Source: Spirochaetia bacterium (GTDB lineage Bacteria > Spirochaetota > Spirochaetia > UBA9216). Taken from it: a stretch of DNA of 64,000 nt. The stretch covers positions 4,576,001-4,640,000 of the forward strand of contig OY776510.1 of assembly GCA_963675665.1 (NCBI GenBank), written 5' to 3'. The notes beneath the pieces were generated by a model. The model saw nothing but the letters and a program-made list of their open reading frames with translations. It had not been told where the DNA came from and made no database searches. Of the stretch, positions 29,712 to 38,459 are shown piece by piece; position 1 is the first letter of the stretch, and every line of letters starts with the position of its first letter. The translations under genes were made by a program, and so were the position numbers.

Positions 29712-30015
29712 CCCGAAGCGGCCACGCGAGTGTTTTCAGTTCTTTCCCGGGTCTGAAGACGGCAACTCCATGCGCTTTTACAGGTACTATTTCGCCTGTT
29801 TTTGGATTACGCGCCTTTTCTCTGCCCTTTCGGGTACGAATTTCAAAAGTTCCGAAACCGCGGAGTTCAACAACCTTGTCATCCTCGAGAGCTGCCTTTA
29901 ATTCTTCGAACAGCTCATCGATTACAGCGTGAACATCTTTTCTATTCAGATCTACACGTTCATGAATATTTTCAATTATTTCGGCTTTTGTGAGTTTATC
30001 CTGGCTCACAAGCAA
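29704..30015 (-). CDS. HU/IHF-family DNA-binding protein (Hbb-like)
   Basis: LTKAEII, VELRGFGTF, ARNPKTGE, FRPGKELK. Confidence 0.95.
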   Translation of the reverse strand: MLVSQDKLTKAEIIENIHERVDLNRKDVHAVIDELFEELKAALEDDKVVELRGFGTFEIRTRKGREKARNPKTGEIVPVKAHGVAVFRPGKELKTLAWPLRDE

Positions 30016-30039
30016 TCCCCTATTTTTTTGTCTTTAAAT

Positions 30040-30315
30040 TTAAACCTGTTCGACAGAAAGCGAATTCAGAAGTTTATTCATTCTGGATTTCTTTCTGGCT
30101 ACGGTATTTTTATGATATACACCCTTACCTGATGCTGTATCCATTAACTTGGTCATTTCTTTAAACTTCACTTCTGCTGCAGCCTTGTCGCCTGTTTTTA
30201 CAGCAGTCATGAAACTTTTCGTTACTGTTTTAACCCTGCTCTTGGCAATCCTGTTTCGGATGCGTCTTTTTTCACTCTGTTTATGGCGTTTAGCCGCGGA
30301 ATCTTTGCCTGGCAA
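30040..30315 (-). CDS. rpsT: 30S ribosomal protein S20
   Basis: SAAKRHKQSEKRRIRN, KGVYHKNTVARKKSR; TTG start with SD GGAGG. Confidence 0.97.
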   Translation of the reverse strand: MPGKDSAAKRHKQSEKRRIRNRIAKSRVKTVTKSFMTAVKTGDKAAAEVKFKEMTKLMDTASGKGVYHKNTVARKKSRMNKLLNSLSVEQV

Positions 30316-30577
30316 TTTCGTCCTCCGGAAATTTCTATTAGTTTGGGGAATTTAAAAAATATGCAATTCTTAAATTCCGGCCCTGAATGTAATTAAGCAT
30401 CATCAGCAAATTGCAATATTCTCAATACTATTGCTGAAAACACTCCAGAGTTTTATTTAAAACTCAACGGTGAGATAAATTAACAGATAATTCCTTTATA
30501 GTCAAGCATATGTTTGAAGCTTGAAAAGAGCGCCGCGAATCGTTAATATACTATAGTTTTTCAAAGGATTAGATATT

Positions 30578-31369
30578 TTGAACAAGATTACACTTGCAAT
30601 ATTAACACTCTCCGTATTCATATACTGGGATTTTCTGATCAGAATCAGATATATTTTCAGCAGAAAATCAATTGAAAAATGGGTTGACACGCAATTTCAC
30701 AGAATCTGTGATCTGCTTTTCAGTTTTACAGCGTTTTTTGTTAATGTCCATATTCATTTTGAACGGTCTGAAAAACTCGAACTGCCTGAAACATTCATGC
30801 TGATTGCCAATCATCAGAGCATTCAGGACATTCCCCTGCTGATATGGTCGTTTCCTAAACACAATCTTCGTTTTTCCGCAAAAGACAGTCTTTTCAAATG
30901 GGTACCCATGGTATCCATAATGCTGAGGCTGCAACAGCACGGCCGTATAAACCGAAGAGGAAGCGCAGCTGAAACCATGAAGACGCTTGAACGGGTCGCA
31001 CTTAAAACAAAAGACGGTTATTGCCCGGTGGTTTTCCCGGAAGGAACCAGATCGCGAAACGGAAAAATCGGAACTTTTCACCATGGAGCCGTCAGAAAAA
31101 TGCTCAGTTCCAACCCTGTTCCCGTTGTCAGCGCTGCAATAGAAGGCGGATGGAGGGTCGGAGACATAGAAGGCCTCGTCAGGAACATGTCGGGATTTAA
31201 CTATCACGTAAAACTGATCGAAGTATTTGAACCGCCTTCTTCAAAACAGGAAATCCAACATATTATCGAAAAATCTGCGGAAGATATAAAAAACCAGGTT
31301 TATAAATGGCAGGAAGATGAAAGAAACAACCCTAAAAAAGAAAAAGGCCGCCATATAAAACCATTTTGA
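30578..31369 (+). CDS. plsC: 1-acyl-sn-glycerol-3-phosphate acyltransferase family
   Basis: IANHQSIQD, AKDSL, VFPEGTRS. Confidence 0.88.
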   Translation: MNKITLAILTLSVFIYWDFLIRIRYIFSRKSIEKWVDTQFHRICDLLFSFTAFFVNVHIHFERSEKLELPETFMLIANHQSIQDIPLLIWSFPKHNLRFSAKDSLFKWVPMVSIMLRLQQHGRINRRGSAAETMKTLERVALKTKDGYCPVVFPEGTRSRNGKIGTFHHGAVRKMLSSNPVPVVSAAIEGGWRVGDIEGLVRNMSGFNYHVKLIEVFEPPSSKQEIQHIIEKSAEDIKNQVYKWQEDERNNPKKEKGRHIKPF

Positions 31370-31448
31370 TTCCGGCAGCCTTTCCTCGAAGGAAAAAAAT
31401 CTGATTATACCGGGCAGAAACATGCCTGGTATTTGTTATAATGCTAAA

Positions 31449-31655
31449 GACTTCTCCCAAGCATTCTTATGCTTAAGCGTCGAAGTCGAAGACTTCTCCC
31501 AAGCATTCTTATGCTTACGCGTCGAAGTCGAAGACTTCTCCCAAGCATTCTTATGCTTACGCGTCGAAGTCGAAGACTTCTCCCAAGCATTCTTATGCTT
31601 ACGCGTCGAAGTCGAAGACTTCTCCCAAGCATTCTTATGCTTATGCGTCGAAGTC
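31449..31655. repeat. Tandem repeat, ~4.9 x 42 bp, internally palindromic
   Basis: Unit GACTTCTCCCAAGCATTCTTATGCTTAHGCGTCGAAGTCGAA at 31449, 31491, 31533, 31575, 31617; no spacers. Confidence 0.97.
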
Positions 31656-31817
31656 TTTGGGTCTTCTTTCTCTTCTGCTGCACTTTTCACATACTGCAAC
31701 ATTTCTCAATTTACCGTTCTGGAAAATAGCTCTCATCTTGACGTCTCCGCCACATGAGGAACATACATGTTTATGTGCAGCTGAGCCCATTCGCGCATTC
31801 TTACTTACCTGTGCCAT
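31641..31817 (-). CDS. Small basic zinc-ribbon protein, 58 aa (missed by ORF track)
   Basis: MAQVSKNARMGSAAHKHVCSSCGGDVKMRAIFQNGKLRNVAVCEKCSRRERRPKDFDA; SD AAGGAG; own promoter. Confidence 0.85.
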   Translation of the reverse strand: MAQVSKNARMGSAAHKHVCSSCGGDVKMRAIFQNGKLRNVAVCEKCSRRERRPKDFDA

Positions 31818-31861
31818 AAAAAGCTCCTTTATATGGATTTCTGATTATTCCCGTGATGGGT

Positions 31862-31890
31862 AATTTAACAAAGATTCTTCTAAAAGTCAA
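31862..31890 (-). promoter_or_regulatory. Sigma70 promoter of the small Zn-ribbon gene
   Basis: TTGACT-17bp-TAAATT with TG extension. Confidence 0.65.
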
Positions 31891-31919
31891 TTGATACAAA
31901 AACAGCAGAACAATCGCTA

Positions 31920-32783
31920 TTAATCCTCAAGCTCTCCTTCAAATTTCCATGCCGAACCGTCATTCTCCCTGAAAAATCTGTCGGCTTCTGCTTCAATCTT
32001 TCTGCCGTCATCACCTGAAAGGGTAATTTTCCTTGATTGAATATTAACATCGATAATCTTGAAAAGCGTCCCGTTTATTGTAATTCTGTATCCTACAGCG
32101 GGCAGTTTCTTTTTTTCTTCCCTGTAGAAATCATACTCATATGACAGGCAGCATAAGAGTCTGCCGCACGGACCAGAAATCTTCATGGAATTCAGCGAAA
32201 GGTTCTGCTCCTTTGCCATCTTGATTGATACCGATTGCAGCCTGTCGGTTACATTATGACAACAGTACTGTCTTCCGCAAACGGCAACACCGCCCAGCAC
32301 CCGCGATTCGTCGCGAACACCAATCTGTCGCAGTTCGATTCTCATCTTGAAAATCGACACGAGATCTTTAACCAGAGCACGAAAATCCACCCTTGCATCA
32401 GCTGTAAAAAAGAAAAGAATTTTGGATTCTTCAGGCAGATAATGCGCTGAAACAAGTTTCATATCCAGTTTATGTTCGGCAACTTTCTTTCTGCATGTCG
32501 CTACAGCTTCTTTCTCTTTTATAAGATTGGCCTCGTAGGTTTCAATATCCTTTTCAGTTGCGACACGAACGAAGGTCTGCTGTTCACCGTCATTCTTTGC
32601 AGCAGCGCAGCATGTAGTGCCCAGTATTCTGGCCATATCCTTGCCGTACCGGCTGGAGACAACAACATAATCATCAGTTTTTAAATCATTGATGTCTTTG
32701 ATCTCTACAATATGTGTTTCGCTCGAATGAAGCATTTTCACTCTGAACATATTTTGTACTGCTTCAGCAGTTGCATTATCCAT
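31920..32783 (-). CDS. ricT: PSP1-domain protein RicT/YaaT
   Basis: FFFTADARVDFRALVKDL, RIELRQIGVRDE, CGRQYCC, KISGPCGRLLCCL. Confidence 0.93.
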   Translation of the reverse strand: MDNATAEAVQNMFRVKMLHSSETHIVEIKDINDLKTDDYVVVSSRYGKDMARILGTTCCAAAKNDGEQQTFVRVATEKDIETYEANLIKEKEAVATCRKKVAEHKLDMKLVSAHYLPEESKILFFFTADARVDFRALVKDLVSIFKMRIELRQIGVRDESRVLGGVAVCGRQYCCHNVTDRLQSVSIKMAKEQNLSLNSMKISGPCGRLLCCLSYEYDFYREEKKKLPAVGYRITINGTLFKIIDVNIQSRKITLSGDDGRKIEAEADRFFRENDGSAWKFEGELED

Positions 32784-32816
32784 ATTAAAAGTAACTCCTA
32801 TAAAAACATGGTAATC

Positions 32817-32875
32817 TATGGTTGATCTCTAAAACCGGAGTTTTTATAAACCTGCAGTTTTTAGAGGTCTCCATA
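32817..32875. repeat. Imperfect inverted repeat (MITE/IS-end remnant or structural hairpin)
   Basis: TATGG..GATCTCTAAAAC ... GTTTTTAGAGGTC.CCATA. Confidence 0.5.
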
Positions 32876-32902
32876 TGTCGTCATCAGCAAGCCCGGGAAG
32901 AC

Positions 32903-33403
32903 TCAGCTTATCAAATCAACGAGAAGACCGTTGATCTCCTCAACTTTAGCCAGAAGATTTAACTGGCGGCCCTGATTCATAAGGATTCCCGCTGCGAGCT
33001 TATCGAGTTTATCATCAATCACACTGATGAGTGTATACCTTTTCTGCTTATTGGAGGGTTTAAAACGGTTAAATTTCGCACCTTCAATAGATTCAACCTT
33101 CACAGCCTGCTCAAGAACATAGTGAATAAAATTTCTGACCGATTTTTTATATAATTCAATAGAGCCCAGGGTCTGACTCGACAGAAGATTTTCGCCCTGC
33201 TGATGAACATCATCCAGCAAATCTTCAAGATCAGAATCTTCATCAAATGATTCAATTCCCCTTACGGCACCGGCTGTTAGGGTTTCAGACTCAACAAATG
33301 TTTCAAAAACCGAAGGGGCAGAGTCATTTTTTTTGACAGTTTTTTTATCTTTATCTGATTTTCTGTATCTGTTACCCGGGTCAAGAGAACCTATTCTGTC
33401 CAC
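32903..33403 (-). CDS. YaaR/DUF327 family protein
   Basis: LLDDVHQQGE.L, YKKSVRNF, IDDKLDKL, VEEINGLLVDL. Confidence 0.85.
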   Translation of the reverse strand: MDRIGSLDPGNRYRKSDKDKKTVKKNDSAPSVFETFVESETLTAGAVRGIESFDEDSDLEDLLDDVHQQGENLLSSQTLGSIELYKKSVRNFIHYVLEQAVKVESIEGAKFNRFKPSNKQKRYTLISVIDDKLDKLAAGILMNQGRQLNLLAKVEEINGLLVDLIS

Positions 33404-33837
33404 GACGGAACCGTCTCCATCTCCCGCGTTATTTCTTCTGAAGCAGCAAACGGCGTACTGAAACGGGCGGTTTTTGTTACCGGCTCGGGCTTTTCATCGG
33501 AGACAACACAGCTACCGTTAAAAATAACTCCGTCTTCAACAAGCAGACGCGGAGAGGTGATATTGCCTATAAGCATTCCGGTAGATAAAATAACCACCTT
33601 CTCGGAAGCCTTGATGTTTCCCTTTAGAATACCCCCGATTACAATTGTTCCGGCTGTAATTGAAGCTTCAGCTCTTCCGCTTTTACCGACGAGGACTTTT
33701 CCCCCGTTACTGATCGTACCTTTAAAATCTCCGTCTATTCTGAGCAGACCATTAATATTCAGATCGCCTGTTACCAGGCTGCCCTCACCTATAAGCGAAT
33801 TTATAAATGTCCCTTCTTCGGAAAGATAATTACTCAT
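33391..33837 (-). CDS. Bactofilin
   Basis: INSLIGEG..GDL..LRIDGDFKG..LKGNI..GNITSP.L.VEDG. Confidence 0.92.
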   Translation of the reverse strand: MSNYLSEEGTFINSLIGEGSLVTGDLNINGLLRIDGDFKGTISNGGKVLVGKSGRAEASITAGTIVIGGILKGNIKASEKVVILSTGMLIGNITSPRLLVEDGVIFNGSCVVSDEKPEPVTKTARFSTPFAASEEITREMETVPSWTE

Positions 33838-33864
33838 TTTCGAACCCTTGTTTAAATCGAATTA

Positions 33865-34878
33865 TCAGTGTTTTCTTACATTAAGAAATTTTTCAGGGTC
33901 CACAACCTGTGAACCGATTCTAATTTCAAAGTGAAGATGCGGACCGGTAGACATACCGGTGCTGCCCATTGCTCCTACTACCTGGCCCTGGGTCACAACA
34001 TCTCCTTCATCGACGTAAACATCATTCAAATGTGCATACTTTGTAAGAAAACCGTAATTATGTCTTATAATAAAATAATTTCCGAACCCCAGCGGTTCAT
34101 AACCTCTTTCGACTACCTTGCCGTTTGCAGCAGCCAGAATCGGCTTGCCGAAACCGTAACCTATATCAATTCCCTTATGAAGATACCATGCGTGCGTAAA
34201 AGGATGTTCCGCGGGACCGAAATAATTTGTTATGCGGCCGTCTCCGCCGTCAACCGGCCACAGGGTCGGCATCTCGACAAGCAGGTCGCCCTGCGAATTA
34301 ATCAACTCGGTAATTTTACTGAACGATTCAACTGAATCTTCAAGATAGGCTGCAAGGTTTTGAAGTTCGCTTATCTCGCGCATTACTCCGGCTTCGGTTT
34401 CATTGGCGGAAATCAATGAAGAAAAATCACCGTCGGCAACGGTAGCCTGAATGTCCCGTTCATTGCTGATGTTCAGCGTTTTCATTGCATTATCAAGTGA
34501 TATCTCAAAATTTCTTGAAGCTCTCCTGAGTTCGGATACCTTGTCGAGGAGAAGATCAAGATTCTTTTCCGACTGCTCAAGTTCCGAGCTTTTATCCGTC
34601 AGTTGCTGCGAAACCCCCGACATTCTTGTTGTGTATATAAAAAAGGTACCGAGTACGGCAACCGTAATAATAAATATAAAGACAAGGGAAAAAACAGATA
34701 TTCTGAAATTAACGACCTTTTTTTCTGAGTGAGGTATCAGCATAATTGTAAATTTCTGACGGCCGCTGTTAAAGAAGACGGAGACGGTATTTGCCATACC
34801 GCTGAAAAGCTTTCTGAATGCTCTGCTTAGATTCTCAACAAGTTTATTTTCAAGTTTTTTATATCGTTCTGCTGACAA
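33865..34878 (-). CDS. M23 family metallopeptidase, membrane-anchored
   Basis: TM + coiled coil + HKGIDI, YAHL, STGPHLHFE. Confidence 0.93.
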   Translation of the reverse strand: MSAERYKKLENKLVENLSRAFRKLFSGMANTVSVFFNSGRQKFTIMLIPHSEKKVVNFRISVFSLVFIFIITVAVLGTFFIYTTRMSGVSQQLTDKSSELEQSEKNLDLLLDKVSELRRASRNFEISLDNAMKTLNISNERDIQATVADGDFSSLISANETEAGVMREISELQNLAAYLEDSVESFSKITELINSQGDLLVEMPTLWPVDGGDGRITNYFGPAEHPFTHAWYLHKGIDIGYGFGKPILAAANGKVVERGYEPLGFGNYFIIRHNYGFLTKYAHLNDVYVDEGDVVTQGQVVGAMGSTGMSTGPHLHFEIRIGSQVVDPEKFLNVRKH

Positions 34879-35044
34879 ACCCTACTCCTCCGGTTATTAT
34901 ATGGGATATTCCTTTTCATAGCAAGAGAATATCGATAAAAACATTTAGCAAATAATCATTGACTGCATTGACTGTACGTGATAATTTTAAGTGGTCGAAT
35001 TGAAGTAAGTATCTAACGAAACAACAAATAAAGCAGGAAATCAT

Positions 35045-35818
35045 ATGAAACTTTTTGATACTCATGCGCATATAGGGCTTATTCATGAAGATCCTATTGA
35101 ACAGCTTATTATTACGCAGGAAGCCAGGCAGTCTGATGTAGAGCATATTATCAGTATCTGCAACAGTCTCGGAGACTTTGATTATGTTTATTCCAATCTT
35201 GAAACCGCTAGTCATATATATCATAGTATCGGCGTTTCTCCCTCGGAAGTTCAGAATCCGGGCGTAGATTGGGAAATGAAAATTATTGAAGGGACAAATC
35301 TCGACCGTGTTGTCGCCGTAGGCGAGATAGGGCTGGATTATTATCGCAAATTCGGAAACAGGGATTCCCAGGTTGAGCTTTTTATCCGCCAGCTGGAGCT
35401 GGCCGACAAGCTTGATAAACCTGTAATAATTCATAATCGAGAAGCCGGAGAGGATGTGCTCAGTATCCTGAGCGAGAAACTGCCGTCACGCGGAGGAATT
35501 CTCCATTGCTATTCCGAGAACTGGGAATATGCGCAGAAAGCGCTTGATCTGAATCTGTATATTTCTTTTGCCGGAAATGTAACCTACAGAAATGCGCGTA
35601 ATCTGCACGAAACTGCGGTAAATATGCCGCTTGACCGGATGCTTATTGAATCTGAAAGCCCGTTCATGGTTCCTTCCGCCTACCGCGGGAAAAGAAACAA
35701 ACCGGCATATCTGCATGCAACAGCCGAATTTCTGGCTGATCTCAGGGGTATAGATCTGGAAGAGCTTACTGAAACCCTGTATAACAACTCCATGAATTTT
35801 TTCGGAATAACCGATTGA
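35045..35818 (+). CDS. tatD: TatD family hydrolase
   Basis: DTHAH, VGEIGLDY, IIHNRE, LHCYS. Confidence 0.92.
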   Translation: MKLFDTHAHIGLIHEDPIEQLIITQEARQSDVEHIISICNSLGDFDYVYSNLETASHIYHSIGVSPSEVQNPGVDWEMKIIEGTNLDRVVAVGEIGLDYYRKFGNRDSQVELFIRQLELADKLDKPVIIHNREAGEDVLSILSEKLPSRGGILHCYSENWEYAQKALDLNLYISFAGNVTYRNARNLHETAVNMPLDRMLIESESPFMVPSAYRGKRNKPAYLHATAEFLADLRGIDLEELTETLYNNSMNFFGITD

Positions 35819-35825
35819 AAAGCTG

Positions 35826-36815
35826 ATGAACGGCTTTTTTCATGAAATTGAACTGCCCGGGGGTAAAATCCCGGGCAATATTTTTTTAGCCCCGGTCGCA
35901 GGTTTTTCAGATGCGGCATTCAGAAGCATATGTACCGAAACCGGTGCTTCGATGTGCTTTACCGAAATGGTTTCATGCGACGGGATTTTCTATAACGGAG
36001 AAAAAACCATCGCTCTGATGCAAAAAGCCGCAAACGAAAAACATTTTGCAGTTCAGGTATTTACATCTGATCCTGAAATGGCTCTGAAGACTGTTCCGGC
36101 CGTCTTTGAGTTTTCACCGGACGTAATTGACCTGAACTGCGGCTGCCCGGTTCCGAAGGTTGTAAAAAACGGCGCCGGTTCAGCGCTGATGAAAGATATC
36201 CCCAGGCTTAAAGAGATTGTAGCTGCGCTGTACGAAGGCGCATCAAAAGCGTCTTGTCAGCCGGCAGTCTCGGTTAAGATCCGATCCGGCTGGGACAACG
36301 GCAGCATAAATTATATAGAAGCCGCACTGGCTGCTGTTGATGCCGGAGCATCGATGATCAGCCTTCACGCACGCACCCGCGCACAGGGATACTCAGGCAG
36401 GGCGGACTGGAACCACATTAAAAAGCTTAAAGAAACTGTTCCGGTTCCGGTTATAGGTTCCGGAGACCTCTTTTCAGCGGAAGCCGCGCTTGCAATGTTT
36501 GAACAGACAAACTGCGACGGCATTATGTTTTCTCGCGGGGCCCTCGGCAACCCGTGGATATTCGAACAAACCCGGTATCTGCTTGAAACCGGGCGGGCCC
36601 TCCCGAAAATCGCCGACAGGAACAGAATATCGATCGCACTCAGGCATCTTCGGCTTGCAGTTGATTTTCACGGTGAAACAAGGGCCTGCAAAGAGATGAA
36701 AAAGCACCTGTGCTCATACACAAAAGGCACTGAAGGGGCAGCAACGCTCCGCAACAGGATTGTACACGCCTCTACCCTGGCCGAATATGAGGAAATACTC
36801 AAAACAGCCGGATAA
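35826..36815 (+). CDS. dusB: tRNA-dihydrouridine synthase
   Basis: LAPVAG, DLNCGCP..KV..GAGSAL, SVKIRSGW, HARTR. Confidence 0.92.
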   Translation: MNGFFHEIELPGGKIPGNIFLAPVAGFSDAAFRSICTETGASMCFTEMVSCDGIFYNGEKTIALMQKAANEKHFAVQVFTSDPEMALKTVPAVFEFSPDVIDLNCGCPVPKVVKNGAGSALMKDIPRLKEIVAALYEGASKASCQPAVSVKIRSGWDNGSINYIEAALAAVDAGASMISLHARTRAQGYSGRADWNHIKKLKETVPVPVIGSGDLFSAEAALAMFEQTNCDGIMFSRGALGNPWIFEQTRYLLETGRALPKIADRNRISIALRHLRLAVDFHGETRACKEMKKHLCSYTKGTEGAATLRNRIVHASTLAEYEEILKTAG

Positions 36816-36872
36816 TCCGGCAAAAGGTGAAATAACCGATTATCTTCAGACATATGGGTATAAAAGATTTTA

Positions 36873-36985
36873 ATAATTGGAAATTTCAATTTCCAATTAT
36901 CCATAAAACATTAATCCATGAAGTATTTGCGTCAGCAAATACTTCATAAGGTACAGGTGAAATAACCAATTTCACCTGTACCTTA
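36873..36985. repeat. Cluster of three perfect hairpins upstream of purF
   Basis: 12-bp stem 36873-36900, 13-bp stem 36918-36947, 17-bp stem 36947-36985. Confidence 0.8.
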
Positions 36986-37020
36986 CTTTACAAGAACGCC
37001 GCGTTTTGATAATTTTTCAT

Positions 37021-38403
37021 GTGGACGAATCAAACGACAATCTTAAACATCATTGCGGAGTAGCGGGTTTTTATTCCGCAGAACCGTCGAATCTTCCTGA
37101 AAAACTGTTTTACAGTCTTTTCTCACTTCAGCACCGAGGCCAGGAGAGCGCCGGAATATCTTATCGCGAAAAAGGGAAAACCGTTACCTACAAGGATCTC
37201 GGCATGGTATCAACGGTTTTATCAAGATATCTTACGATTCAACGTATGGCAAACGCCGGAATCGGGCATGTCCGTTATTCAACCCGCGGCGGAAACAGGC
37301 TTGAAAACGCTCAGCCCATAGCTGTTACCTGTAACAAGGGTGATATTGCCCTTGCGCACAACGGAAATATATCGAACGCGGCAAAACTTCATGAAGAGCT
37401 GACCGAGGCCGGCTCGATTTTTCAATCGAGCTCCGATACCGAGCTGATACTGCATATGATATCGCTCAGCCGTAAACCAGATTTTTTCGAGGCATTCAGG
37501 GAAACTCTGGAGAGGCTTGAAGGCGCATTCAGCATGGTTCTGATACACGACGAAAGCCTGATTGTTGTACGTGACCCGCACGGATTCAGACCGCTTTATA
37601 TAGGAACAGCAGACGGCATAACAGCTGCAGCTTCTGAAACATGCGCACTTGAAACGCTTAATATCACTGATTACCGCCAGGTTGAACCCGGCGAAATAAT
37701 AGTCATAGACTCCGAAGGACAGCGAAGCACCTTTCTGCCTGCTTCGGGCAGAATAAGCCAGTGTATTTTTGAACTAATCTATTTTGCCCGGCCTGATTCC
37801 AGGGTTTTTGACGAATCAGTACACGGCACCAGGAAAAGAATGGGCGCTGCGCTTTGGGAATGTGATCCCGTTGAAGGCGATATAGTCATTCCGGTGCCTG
37901 ATTCCGGTAATAACGCTGCTATCGGGTACGCAAAAGCCTCCGGCATTCCCTTTGATCACGGCCTGACCAGAAATCACTATGCCGGTCGATCGTTTATAAT
38001 GCCGACGACGGCTCAGCGCGAACTTGCCGTCAGAATGAAACTTCATCCCATACGCGAAACAATAGCCGGAAAAAAAATAATACTGGTAGACGACTCCCTT
38101 GTAAGAGGGACAACCAGCAGGATACTGGTCAAAATGCTCAAGGATGCCGGGGCGGCGGAAGTACATCTGAGACTTTCTTCTCCGGAACTGAAATGGCCCT
38201 GTTTTTTCGGAATCGACATTCCGACGAGAGAAGAACTTATTTCCAACAGCAAAACACCCGAGCAGATAGCTGAATATATAGGAGCCGATTCTGTAATGTT
38301 TCTACCTTCAGAGCAGCTAAAAAAATGCGTAAAAACTCCCGGTGACTACTGTTATGCATGTTTTTGCGGGGATTATCCTTATGACAGGCTTTCATCCGTG
38401 TAA
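37021..38403 (+). CDS. purF: Amidophosphoribosyltransferase
   Basis: Propeptide then CG, LQHRGQESAG, GHVRYST, CIFELIYFARPDS, VDDSLVRG; GTG 37021 preferred over TTG 37006. Confidence 0.95.
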   Translation: MDESNDNLKHHCGVAGFYSAEPSNLPEKLFYSLFSLQHRGQESAGISYREKGKTVTYKDLGMVSTVLSRYLTIQRMANAGIGHVRYSTRGGNRLENAQPIAVTCNKGDIALAHNGNISNAAKLHEELTEAGSIFQSSSDTELILHMISLSRKPDFFEAFRETLERLEGAFSMVLIHDESLIVVRDPHGFRPLYIGTADGITAAASETCALETLNITDYRQVEPGEIIVIDSEGQRSTFLPASGRISQCIFELIYFARPDSRVFDESVHGTRKRMGAALWECDPVEGDIVIPVPDSGNNAAIGYAKASGIPFDHGLTRNHYAGRSFIMPTTAQRELAVRMKLHPIRETIAGKKIILVDDSLVRGTTSRILVKMLKDAGAAEVHLRLSSPELKWPCFFGIDIPTREELISNSKTPEQIAEYIGADSVMFLPSEQLKKCVKTPGDYCYACFCGDYPYDRLSSV

Positions 38404-38452
38404 TCCTGTCATTCAGCAACTGCCCTCCATGGCAGAGATTTTCTAAAAGGAG
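38381..38452 (+). repeat. Two-hairpin member of the TCC-loop cassette family
   Basis: ATGACAGG..CATCCGTG..CCTGTCAT then CTGCC-CTCCAT-GGCAG then SD AAGGAG. Confidence 0.7.
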
Positions 38453-38459
38453 AAAAATA

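Noticed and set aside
31449-31655. CRISPR array
   Set aside because: Units are contiguous and identical except for one base; there are no unique spacers and no cas genes
31422-31757. Four overlapping repeat-encoded ORFs in the track
   Set aside because: They are open only because the 42-bp period is a multiple of 3; they lack SDs and conflict with the better-supported 58-aa gene
35640-35670. TatD ESESP instead of ETDxP as a sign of inactivation
   Set aside because: Conservative D-to-E change with the other metal ligands intact; probably a lineage variant
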